From NCBI GenBank assembly GCA_963785045.1, contig CAWAUC010000013.1, positions 204,577 to 268,576 of the forward strand: a stretch of 64,000 nucleotides of DNA, read 5' to 3'. The notes beneath the pieces are model-generated. The model did no database searches and was not told where the DNA came from. It worked only from the letters and a program-made list of their open reading frames with translations. The position numbers and the translations under genes were made by a program. How positions within the stretch are numbered: the first letter of the stretch is position 1; every line of letters begins with the position of its first letter. Shown piece by piece: positions 29,945-38,386 of this stretch. Origin of the DNA: an uncultured delta proteobacterium (GTDB taxonomy: Bacteria; Desulfobacterota; Desulfobacteria; Desulfobacterales; SpSt-501).

Positions 29945-32900
29945 CTACATGCAGGCGGCCCCTGATCGGTCCGTTCTTTCCGGCACCGTCAGGGCCGAAG
30001 TCTTTTCCACGGTAAGCGTCACGGCCCCCCAGTCTTCCTCGACTTTCCCCTCAAGCAGATACGGCCGCTCGCGGTCCAGCAGGTGGCAGAAACGGCGGTA
30101 GGCCTCGGGGAAAAAAGTGGTTTCCACGAGCCCCGTCTGGTCCTCGAACGTCAGAAACTCCATGGGCTCGCCCTTTTTGGTTTCCACCACCTTGCCGGTG
30201 ATGAGCCAACCGGCGAAGCGCACGCGCCGCCCGATGCGGCGCGGGATATCGGCGGCCTGGACCGCCCCCGTCCGTTTCACGGCGTCGGCGTAGAGTTCCA
30301 TGGGGTGCCGATCGCAGAGGAAGCCGAGCACGGAAAACTCCCGCCGCAAGCGTTCGCGGGCGTCGTCCGGGGGCAGGTGCGGGGTGCGTTTGTCGGCGTC
30401 CGGCGCTGCGAACAGCGACCCGTTCCGGGCCACCCTCCCGGCGGTAGGGCGGGATGGCAGCCGGCGCGTCGATTCCCACAGGAGCTCGGCGCGGCTGGCC
30501 CCCGGGACGAGGGGGTCGAGCGCCCCGCAGTGAACGAGCGCCCGCAGCTCGACTGCATCCGGCCGCACCTGCTCCAGGAAGTCCCCGAGACCTGCGTAGG
30601 CCCGGCCCTCGCGGCCGGCGACGATCCGCTCCTGGGTGGCCGTCGCCAGGCCCTTGATGGACAGCAGACCGACCCGCAGCGTGGCGTTTTTTCCCGTCCA
30701 GCGCACCTCGCTGGCGTTCACATCCGGCGGCAGCACCCCGAGGCCCAGGCGCCGGGCTTCCGAGACATAGGCGAAGGTGCTGTAGAACCCGCCCTGGTTG
30801 CTGATCACCGCGGCCATGAACTCCGCCGGGTGGTGGACCTTGAGAAACGCCGCCTGGAACGAAACGCGCGCGTAGGAAGCGCTGTGGGGCTTGCAGAACG
30901 AGTACCCGTCGAAGCTCATCATCATGTCCCAGATCGCCCTGATCTGCTCGTCGGAAACTCCCTGCGCCCGGGCGCCCTCTCGAAAGCGCCGGGCATAGTT
31001 CTGCAGCCGCAGGTGCCGGTCTTTCTTGGAGAGGATCCTGCGCAGGCCGTCGGCCTCGGCGTGGGAAAACCCGGCCAGCGCCACCGCCACGCGCGAGACG
31101 TCCTCCTGGTAGACCATGATGCCGAAGGTTTCCTCCAGCACATCGGAGAGCAGCGGGTGGATGGGGTCCCACGGCCCGCCGTGCAGCCGACGGATGTACT
31201 CGCGGATGTAGTCGTTGGCGGCCGGCCGGATGATGCTGCTGTGGATGACGAGGTGCTCGAAATCGCCCACCCGCGACTTTTGCTGCAACAGACGCATGGC
31301 CGGGCTTTCGATGTAGAAGCATCCCATGGTGCGGCCCTGGGCCACGGCCTGCTGGGTGGCGAGATCCTCCTCAGGCTCCCAGCGGGCCTCGTCGAACGCG
31401 GCCCCGTTCGCCTGCAGGTTGGCGAGGGCATCGCGGATCACGCCCAGGCTGCGGTTTCCCAGGATATCGATCTTGACCAGGCCGGCGTCCTCCGCCGCGT
31501 CTTTTTCCCACTGGATGATCGGAACCCCCTTCGGTGCGCGTTCCAGCGGCACGTACTCGGCGATCGGCCGCGGGGTGATGACGACCCCGCCGGGATGCAC
31601 GGAGAGATACCGCGGGGTGCCGATGATCCGCTGGGCATGTGCCAGGATCTCGGGCCAGGGCGGTGGGAACTGCACGGCCTTCAGCGCGGGCTGCTTTTTA
31701 AGCTCGGCCAGGAAATCGGCATCCATCTCCTCGGCGCTCCAGTACCAGGGCAGGCGCTTGGCGACGCGGCCGATCTCGGCGGCGGTCAGGCCGTAGACCT
31801 TGGCGACTTCCCGCACCGCCATGCGCGGCTGGAACAGGACGTGGTTTGACACCATGGCGGCGTGGTCGCGGTGGCGGGCGAGCACGGCCTGCAGCACGGC
31901 GTCGCGCTCGTCCCAGGCGAAGTCCACGTCGATGTCGGGCGGGTCCATACGGCCCGGGTTGAGAAAGCGTTCGAAGTAGAGGTTGTGCTTGAGAGGGCAG
32001 ACGTTGGTGATGCCGAGGCAGTAGGCGGCGAGCGAGGCCGCGCCTGAGCCGCGGCCGCAGGTGCGCGGGCTCAACGCCACGATGTCGCGCACGATCAGAA
32101 AGTAGGCGGCAAAGCCCATGGCCGCGATGATGGTGAGCTCCCGCTCCAGCCGCTCCACCACGGCTTCCGAAAGCTCGCTGCCGTAGCGGCGGTGAGCGCC
32201 GGCATAGGCGTCCGCCCGCAGCCGGTCGGCGGCGGACGGCCCATCCGGCCCGGGAAGGGGCGGGAGCACCGTGCCGAAATCCGGGCCGGTGAAGGTGAAG
32301 CGCGCGGCGAGGGTGGCGGTGGCCGCAACCGCCTCCGGGCAGGGCAAAAACCGCCGTGCGTACTCCTCCCGGGGGGCGAGCCAGGCGTCCGCCGGGGCGG
32401 TGTCCCGGGGCGCGAGGCGGGAGAGGGACGTGTTGTGCGCAATCGCCCGCAGGATGCGGTGGACGGCCATGTCTTCCGGCCGCAGAAGAAAACTGTCGGG
32501 TGTGGCGGCCGCCGGCAGCCCCCGTCGACGGGCGGCGGCGCGCAGCGGGTGAGTGGCGGGAAGCGGGTGGCGCGGCATGGCAGCCACCACCGAGACTCCA
32601 GCGGCATGCCAGGCTTCGAGCAGACCGGGATGCGTGGTCAGCACCGTCAGGCCGGCGGCGCGGGCGGGCAGATCGGCCTGCAGGTCGAAGGCGTCCGCCC
32701 GGAGCCGCCGGTGCGTGAGCAGCCGGCAGAGGTTGCGATAGCCCTCCTCGGTTTCGACCAGGCAGGCGGCACTCCGGCCGCGGCCGGGGTCGGTAACTTC
32801 CGCCCCGATGACGGAGGTGATGCCCTCCTCGCGGCAGGCCGTCAAAAAAGGCCACAGCCCGTAGAGGTTGTCGGTGTCGGTCAGTGCCAGGCGGTCATAC

Positions 32901-32989
32901 CCCAACTGCCGCGCCGTACGGCACAGCTGCCGGGGCGAGGCCGTGCCCCACATGAGGGAGTAATGAGAGCGGACGACGAGAGGAACCAT
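29945..32989 (-). CDS. dnaE2: Error-prone-type DNA polymerase III alpha subunit (DnaE2/ImuC-like)
   Basis: Degenerate PHP domain, GRGSGAAS, FERFL, PDIDVDF, HPGG, KIDILG, YSFCKPHS, OB-fold C-terminus; 1014 aa; in the lexA operon. Confidence 0.88.
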   Translation of the reverse strand: MVPLVVRSHYSLMWGTASPRQLCRTARQLGYDRLALTDTDNLYGLWPFLTACREEGITSVIGAEVTDPGRGRSAACLVETEEGYRNLCRLLTHRRLRADAFDLQADLPARAAGLTVLTTHPGLLEAWHAAGVSVVAAMPRHPLPATHPLRAAARRRGLPAAATPDSFLLRPEDMAVHRILRAIAHNTSLSRLAPRDTAPADAWLAPREEYARRFLPCPEAVAATATLAARFTFTGPDFGTVLPPLPGPDGPSAADRLRADAYAGAHRRYGSELSEAVVERLERELTIIAAMGFAAYFLIVRDIVALSPRTCGRGSGAASLAAYCLGITNVCPLKHNLYFERFLNPGRMDPPDIDVDFAWDERDAVLQAVLARHRDHAAMVSNHVLFQPRMAVREVAKVYGLTAAEIGRVAKRLPWYWSAEEMDADFLAELKKQPALKAVQFPPPWPEILAHAQRIIGTPRYLSVHPGGVVITPRPIAEYVPLERAPKGVPIIQWEKDAAEDAGLVKIDILGNRSLGVIRDALANLQANGAAFDEARWEPEEDLATQQAVAQGRTMGCFYIESPAMRLLQQKSRVGDFEHLVIHSSIIRPAANDYIREYIRRLHGGPWDPIHPLLSDVLEETFGIMVYQEDVSRVAVALAGFSHAEADGLRRILSKKDRHLRLQNYARRFREGARAQGVSDEQIRAIWDMMMSFDGYSFCKPHSASYARVSFQAAFLKVHHPAEFMAAVISNQGGFYSTFAYVSEARRLGLGVLPPDVNASEVRWTGKNATLRVGLLSIKGLATATQERIVAGREGRAYAGLGDFLEQVRPDAVELRALVHCGALDPLVPGASRAELLWESTRRLPSRPTAGRVARNGSLFAAPDADKRTPHLPPDDARERLRREFSVLGFLCDRHPMELYADAVKRTGAVQAADIPRRIGRRVRFAGWLITGKVVETKKGEPMEFLTFEDQTGLVETTFFPEAYRRFCHLLDRERPYLLEGKVEEDWGAVTLTVEKTSALTVPERTDRSGAACM

Positions 32990-33002
32990 AGGATTCTAAT
33001 TT

Positions 33003-33415
33003 TTCACCGCAAAGGCGCAAAGGGCGCAGAGGGAACTTCTTCCTTTTGTTTTCCGGTGAGAGGCCGGAAGGCAAAAAACAAGCCGCTCATTCTTTTAGAT
33101 CCTTCACAATTCGCGTGATACCATCGCGCATTACAGGCACGTTGAAGTTCAACAATAATCCCAAATTCAAGCCTGATAGCTTCAAGTACGTCAATAATTG
33201 GGCTTTATAGATCGGTTCAATCTTCTCGCACGCTTGCAATTCAAGGATGATGGTATTCTCCACAACGAGATCCAACCGATACCCACAATCGAGGCATTCC
33301 CCTTTATACACAAGGGGCAATGGGACCTGGCTTTCAAAATCTATCCCGCGCAGCTTCAACTCGTGGCACAGGCACCTTAAAACAATCTCTGCGCTCTCTG
33401 CGCTTTTGCGGTGAA
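33003..33415. mobile_element. Inverted-repeat-bounded element carrying a GxxExxY gene remnant (family A, copy 1)
   Basis: 29-bp IRs 33003-33031 / 33387-33415 (26/29 match), internal hairpin 33044-33076, low-GC cargo. Confidence 0.75.
33087..33374 (-). pseudogene. GxxExxY family PD-(D/E)XK protein, 5'-truncated
   Basis: CLCHELKLRGIDFESQVPLPLVYKG..LDCGYRLDLVVE..IILELQA...AQLLTYLKLSG..LGLLLNFN; the N-terminal GxxExxY segment is deleted and ELK reads ELQ. Confidence 0.88.
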
Positions 33416-33427
33416 GTTTTTCTTTTC

Positions 33428-34600
33428 TTATGCCGCCAAGGTTCGCCCGATTTGCAGCGCATGGTCCCCGAAGCGGTGGCGGACGGCGTCCACGGCGCCG
33501 ATGAGACGGTCGCGTTTTTCGGCCTGCTGCCGGTCGTCGCCGAACAGCGCGAGTTGGGCCGGTGGGAACACCAGCCGGTCGCAGACGAGCCGCAGGTGCC
33601 GGACCCGCACCCGCCGGGCCCAGGCCAGAAACAAGGCCCGGCGGGCAGTCTCGAACAGGGTGAGGTCGTTGGCGGTGGCGGGCCGCGCGGCGGCCTGGCG
33701 GATGCAGCGCGCGCCGTCGGAGTAGTCCAGCACGACGGTCACCCGCCGCGCCGCCCGCCGCCGCCGCCGCAGCTCGCTGCCAACCTGCTCCACCTCCCCG
33801 TAGAGGGCCGAAAACAGGGTGTCGGTGTCGGTGGTGTCGGTGGCGAACGCGTGGTCCGCCGCGACCGCCGGCGGCTTCTCCCCGACCGCGAGCACGGGGG
33901 AAGAGTCGATGCCCCGCACGGTCTCGTAGAGAAACATGGCGCGGCGTCCAAACGGCACCTGCAGTTCTTCCAGGCGCAGGGACGCGACGTCGTCGACCCG
34001 CGTCAGGTTGAACTCGCGCAGACGGGTGAGGTCGTCACGTTCGATGCCTGGGATCAGCTCCAGACGAAGGGGGGCGAGAAACGGCTGCTCCTCGCCCGCA
34101 GCGACGATGTACTCGCCCTCGGGCTTGACCAGGCGGGTAGCCACCTTGGCCACCAGCTTGTTGGGGGCCACCGACCAGATCGGGGCGAGGCCGAGGTGGG
34201 CGCGGATCTCCCGGCGCAGGCGCCAGGCCACGTCCATGGGCGGCCCGAGCAGGCGGTCGGTGCCGGTCGCGTCGATGAAGAGGTGACCGTCGTTCTCGCC
34301 GGCCTCGATGCGCGGGGAGAAGGATAGGGCGCGCTGCAGCAGGGCCCGCATGGCCTGCGCGTAGCGCTCGGGGTGCGGCGGCAGAACGCAGGCATCCCGG
34401 CACCGGCGCGCCGCCCGGGCAAGCGCCATGCCCTTGCGGATCCCGGCCCGAAAGGCCTCCTCGCTCATGTCGTAGACGGCCGCTCGCTCCGCGCCCGCCG
34501 GGGCGATGACCACGGGGCGGCCGGCAAGCCGCCGGTCGATGGTCCGCTCCACCGCCACGGCGAAGTCGGTTACGTTCAAATGAATGATGGCGCGGTCCAT
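33428..34600 (-). CDS. Y-family polymerase homologue, ImuB-like (catalytic residues substituted)
   Basis: IIHLNVTDFAVAVE, S.EA..AGIRKGM, NKLVAKVA, IPGI, clamp motif QLALF, VDAVRHRFG. Confidence 0.85.
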   Translation of the reverse strand: MDRAIIHLNVTDFAVAVERTIDRRLAGRPVVIAPAGAERAAVYDMSEEAFRAGIRKGMALARAARRCRDACVLPPHPERYAQAMRALLQRALSFSPRIEAGENDGHLFIDATGTDRLLGPPMDVAWRLRREIRAHLGLAPIWSVAPNKLVAKVATRLVKPEGEYIVAAGEEQPFLAPLRLELIPGIERDDLTRLREFNLTRVDDVASLRLEELQVPFGRRAMFLYETVRGIDSSPVLAVGEKPPAVAADHAFATDTTDTDTLFSALYGEVEQVGSELRRRRRAARRVTVVLDYSDGARCIRQAAARPATANDLTLFETARRALFLAWARRVRVRHLRLVCDRLVFPPAQLALFGDDRQQAEKRDRLIGAVDAVRHRFGDHALQIGRTLAA

Positions 34601-34621
34601 GTCGCTCTATAATAAAACATG

Positions 34622-34804
34622 CTCACTGCAGAGGCGCAAAGAGCGCAGAGGGAACGATTTTTTTTGAAACGTCGTGAGAGGCGGCGTTTCAAAAAACACC
34701 CGCCGTGAAGCGGCTGAACGGTTTTCATTTGCCGGTGTCGCAGCGGCAAATGAAAGGATTAAACTCTCTGCGCTCTTTGCGTCTCGAGCAAAGCGGGCGG
34801 TGAA
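34622..34804. repeat. Empty inverted-repeat element (family A, copy 2)
   Basis: CTCACTGCAGAGGCGCAAAGAGCGCAGAG ... CTCTGCGCTCTTTGCGTCTC(GAGCAAAGCGG)GCGGTGAA with two internal hairpins. Confidence 0.85.
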
Positions 34805-34828
34805 TTGGATAAAATTGTAGATCTCTTC

Positions 34829-35662
34829 CTATGTCAGTCCTCGTTCGGCGAGCAGCCGCACCATTTGCGCGGCATTGCGGGGGGCCTGGGCGCGGACGTG
34901 GTTGTTGAAGAAGATGACCCCTTGCGCCGCCCGGCCGGCCATGCGGGGCAGGGGGCCGTCGGCCCACTCGCGCAGTTCTTCATCCGTGTAGTCGTAGTCG
35001 AATTGCTTCTGCATGTTGCCCGAGCGCCAGCCCCGGGCGTTGCGGCCGTGGAAGCGGACGTAGAAGAGCTCGGGGTTGGTGACCACGTCGAGCCGCGGGA
35101 AAAGGCCTGGAAGCCCCGGTGCGTCCACGGTCACGAGAGTGGTGCGGCGGCGCTCGAGTTCGGCAAACACCCGGTCCGCGGCCCAGGAGACGTGGCGGAA
35201 CTCGACCGCCAGGGGCAGCCCCGCCAGCGCGTCCAGAAGCTCGGCGAGGTACCGGCGGCTGGCAGCATCACGGGTGAACCCCGGCGGGAACTGCAGCAGC
35301 AGCGCCGCGAGCTGCTGCGCCTGGAGCAGGGGGCCGATGCCTTCCCGGTACTGGGCGGCCTGGCCGCGCCACTGGCCGGGGTCGACCTCGTGGGTCAGGG
35401 TGCGGGTCAGCTTGGCGGCGAAGCGGAAGCCGGCCGGGGCCAGCCGGCGCATGCGCTCGACGGCCGGTGCCTTGGGCATCTGGTACCAGGTGAAATTGAG
35501 CTCGGTGATGCCGAACTGCCGGGCATACAGGGGCAGCATCGCGCCGGCCTTGGTCCCCGGCGGGTAAAACCCGGCGTCAGCCCACTCGGCGTACGAGTAG
35601 CCGCTGGTCCCAACGAGGATGGAGCCGGCAGTGTTTCGATGGGTCGGCGTTGCGTCGTTCAT
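34829..35662 (-). CDS. DUF72 (YecE-like) family protein
   Basis: VGTSGYSY..W..FYP, ELNFTWY, FAAKL..LTH, LLQFPP, AVEFRH, YVRFHGRN, FFNNH...A..NA. Confidence 0.9.
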   Translation of the reverse strand: MNDATPTHRNTAGSILVGTSGYSYAEWADAGFYPPGTKAGAMLPLYARQFGITELNFTWYQMPKAPAVERMRRLAPAGFRFAAKLTRTLTHEVDPGQWRGQAAQYREGIGPLLQAQQLAALLLQFPPGFTRDAASRRYLAELLDALAGLPLAVEFRHVSWAADRVFAELERRRTTLVTVDAPGLPGLFPRLDVVTNPELFYVRFHGRNARGWRSGNMQKQFDYDYTDEELREWADGPLPRMAGRAAQGVIFFNNHVRAQAPRNAAQMVRLLAERGLT

Positions 35663-35718
35663 ATGCCGTATATTCTCAGGAGAGCAGCCCGGAGGCGTTC
35701 GGAGCGGCCCGCGGTCTC

Positions 35719-35856
35719 GAGGAGCGCCCCCCTGGGCGCGAGGGTGTGAGGAGCGGCCCTGCAGGCCTTGAGGCAAGGCCTCTTTTGCCTCAAGCGCAGC
35801 GCTCCACGAGTCTCTGCGCAGCAGGCACGCTCTTCAAGCCCCCTGGGGCGCTCCTC
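35719..35856. repeat. Nested palindromic element between lexA and DUF72
   Basis: Perfect 12-bp IR GAGGAGCGCCCC/GGGGCGCTCCTC; central hairpin CTTGAGGCAA-N8-TTGCCTCAAG at 35767-35794. Confidence 0.6.
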
Positions 35857-36496
35857 CAGGCCCTTTTGATCCGCTCATGATTGTGCGCTGCAACCCGATC
35901 ACCTTCCCCTGCACGAGGACTTCGCCGAAGTCGTGGCGCATGGGGGCGTAGTCGGGGTTTTCCGGCCGCAGTTCGATGTGGTCGGCCCGGAGGAAAAAGC
36001 GCTTGACGGTGGCCTCCTCACCGTGGACGAGGGCCACCACGATCTCACCGTTGTGGGCATACTGGCGCGGCTCACAGATCACGAGGTCGCCGTCCAGAAT
36101 GCCGGCCCCCCTCATGGAGTCCCCCCGCACCCGCAGGGCGAACAGGTTCGGGCCGCGGAAGACCGCGGCGTCCACGATGATGCTGCCGTCCCAGTCCGCC
36201 TGGGCGTACATCGGAAGCCCCGCCGCGATGCGCCCGACAATCGGCACGTCGCGGCCGCGCTGCAGGGCCGAGGTCTCGCGGGCGCGGTTCAGCAGATGCA
36301 CCGTGCGGCCGTAGCGTCCTTCGCGTTTCAGGAGCCCCTTGGATTCCAGCACGCGCAGGGTGCGGGCAACGGCCGCATGACTCACTTGCATGTCCGCTGC
36401 CGCTTCGCGCAGGCTGGGAACCCGGCCGTCGGCTGCGATTTTCCGCTGCAGGTAGTCCAGCAGGCGCTGCTGGGTCGGGGTCAGGCGGTTCGGCAT
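35834..36496 (-). CDS. lexA: SOS repressor LexA
   Basis: LTPTQQRLLDYL..PSLRE wHTH; RIAAG cleavage site; GDSM serine; ATVKRF lysine. Confidence 0.93.
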   Translation of the reverse strand: MPNRLTPTQQRLLDYLQRKIAADGRVPSLREAAADMQVSHAAVARTLRVLESKGLLKREGRYGRTVHLLNRARETSALQRGRDVPIVGRIAAGLPMYAQADWDGSIIVDAAVFRGPNLFALRVRGDSMRGAGILDGDLVICEPRQYAHNGEIVVALVHGEEATVKRFFLRADHIELRPENPDYAPMRHDFGEVLVQGKVIGLQRTIMSGSKGPGGAPQGA

Positions 36497-36578
36497 GGAT
36501 TCGATCTCCTTGAACCGAGGGCTTCCTGCGAAGCCGTCACTCTCGGGCTTCGAAAGAATTCAGCATAGTCTTGCTCAT

Positions 36579-36625
36579 ATCTTAGGCAGACAAAATGTAA
36601 ATGTCAATGTAAACATTAATGTAAA
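36579..36625 (-). promoter_or_regulatory. lexA promoter with overlapping direct-repeat operator candidate
   Basis: Minus strand TTGACA-N17-TAAGAT; AATGTAAA at 36594, 36606 and 36618 (12-bp period). Confidence 0.7.
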
Positions 36626-36685
36626 TTATAAAGCACGAAGCTCGAAGGATTAAGGATGAACGGAAGACCTGAAACGAAGGTGTTT

Positions 36686-38386
36686 TCAGATGTAAACTTT
36701 GGCGAGGCGCTTCTCCCCGAAGCGCAAGGGCAGAACGATGGCGAGCAGGCTCAGCGTGAAGGCAGTGCCGAAGGCGGCGGCGGTCCAGAGCCAGACCGCC
36801 GTCGACAGGGCGCGTCCGTGGAGGTCCGCCATGAAGATCCGGTACACGGGACCGGCCTCGAGCAGGACCACCACCCCGATGTAGAGGGTGCAGGCGATCA
36901 TGAACATCAGGCCTCCGAAGCTCGTCACCGTCTGGGTCGGGTTTTCCGCTTTGAAGTCCGGGAAGGCGGCGCCGAGGCCGATGCCCATGGCGACGATTCC
37001 CGGCACGATGAAAAAAACGGTGACGGTCGAAAGTGCCATCATGAACGGGGTCACCTGGAGCAGCAGGTTGGTGGCGACGGTCAGCACTTCGGTCAGCACC
37101 AGCAGCGGCAGATAGTAGATGAAAAATTTGATGCGCAGGAACGTGCGCAGGGACAGCGGCGAGGTCTTCACCAGCCAGAAGGCCTCGCGTTCCATGCTCA
37201 CGGCCGGGTAGGCGAAGCGGGCCGTCACCGCTGTCAGTACGAAGAGCGCCAGGGCCATGTTCAGAAAGGAGAACAGGTTTTGCAGGTAGGCCGTCGGGAT
37301 GGGAGATCTTTCCAGCGGCAGCGCGGCGAAGTTGTAGATGTAGATGACCACCAGCGCAGCGATCAGGAAGAGCTGCGACCACTGGGTCTGGTCGCGCAGG
37401 AAGGTCTTGATCTCCTTCACCGTGAAGGAGCGGGCCGGCCCGGGGAGAAACCGGAACAGGCGCTCGCTGATCCCTCCCCGTCGGACCAGGCGCACGGAGG
37501 CGGTCTGGGTGCGGGAGAAGCCTTTGAAATACAGGGCGTCGGCGGCGAGGGTCAGAACGCAGATCAGGCTGACGGCAAAGCTGGCGGCGAGAGCCGTGTG
37601 GAAGAGGCTTCGCGCGGGCAAGCCCGCGAGCGCCGACTGGATGCTGTCATAGGCCCAGGTGCTCGGCAACAGGGGCGAGACCGGGGCCTGCAGCGAAGCC
37701 ATGTAGGCCATGACGGTGTCGAACACCTCCGGGTTGACCAATTGCTCCGGCCGCGACAGGCGTATCGCCAGGTAAAGTGTTACGAACAGCAGCACTCCCA
37801 GAACGATGACGATGCTGCGCATTCGGCCGGCGGGAACGAGCATGACGCCGGCCATCACCGCAAGCGTGCTCAGCGCCGAGGCGATGGCGGCCAGCACGAT
37901 CAGGGAGAGCAGGGTTGCCGCGTAATACCCCGCTCCGGCCGCGAACACGATGCCGTAGGCCAGGAAGATGGGCAAGGTGAACAGGATCACCATCCAACCG
38001 CTGTCGGCCGTGCTGTCGACCCAGCGGGCGAGGAAGACCCGGTGGCTCGCGACCGGTGTCGAGTGGACGAGAAAGAGGTCCCGGGAAAGGTAGAGCGTGG
38101 AGAGCGAGGTCAGGATGCTGCTGAACAGCAGCAGGGCGAAGCAGACAATCAGGATCATCGACAGCAGCTTGAAGGCCAGGATGTCGCCGATGTCCTCGAT
38201 GCCCTTGAAGTACCGCAGGACACGCCAGGAGACCGCAAAAAGCCCGCACCAGAAGGCGGCCCCCACCCCTCCCAGCACCGCAAGTCGGGCGGTGCCGCCG
38301 CGGGTGCTCCGGCCCAGGCCGCGTCTCAGGACCGGCAACAGCCGTGGCCTCAGCAGCATGCCTATGTCCGCTAACAATCCATTCAT
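36686..38386 (-). CDS. Putative ABC-2 type exporter permease
   Basis: Many TM segments; LYLSRDL..V.STP, KEIKTFLRD, SMEREAFWLVKTSP. Confidence 0.8.
   Translation of the reverse strand: MNGLLADIGMLLRPRLLPVLRRGLGRSTRGGTARLAVLGGVGAAFWCGLFAVSWRVLRYFKGIEDIGDILAFKLLSMILIVCFALLLFSSILTSLSTLYLSRDLFLVHSTPVASHRVFLARWVDSTADSGWMVILFTLPIFLAYGIVFAAGAGYYAATLLSLIVLAAIASALSTLAVMAGVMLVPAGRMRSIVIVLGVLLFVTLYLAIRLSRPEQLVNPEVFDTVMAYMASLQAPVSPLLPSTWAYDSIQSALAGLPARSLFHTALAASFAVSLICVLTLAADALYFKGFSRTQTASVRLVRRGGISERLFRFLPGPARSFTVKEIKTFLRDQTQWSQLFLIAALVVIYIYNFAALPLERSPIPTAYLQNLFSFLNMALALFVLTAVTARFAYPAVSMEREAFWLVKTSPLSLRTFLRIKFFIYYLPLLVLTEVLTVATNLLLQVTPFMMALSTVTVFFIVPGIVAMGIGLGAAFPDFKAENPTQTVTSFGGLMFMIACTLYIGVVVLLEAGPVYRIFMADLHGRALSTAVWLWTAAAFGTAFTLSLLAIVLPLRFGEKRLAKVYI

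Noticed and set aside
33003-34804. Family A and B repeats as a CRISPR array
   Set aside because: The repeats are inverted pairs and dispersed, with no regular spacers and no cas genes.
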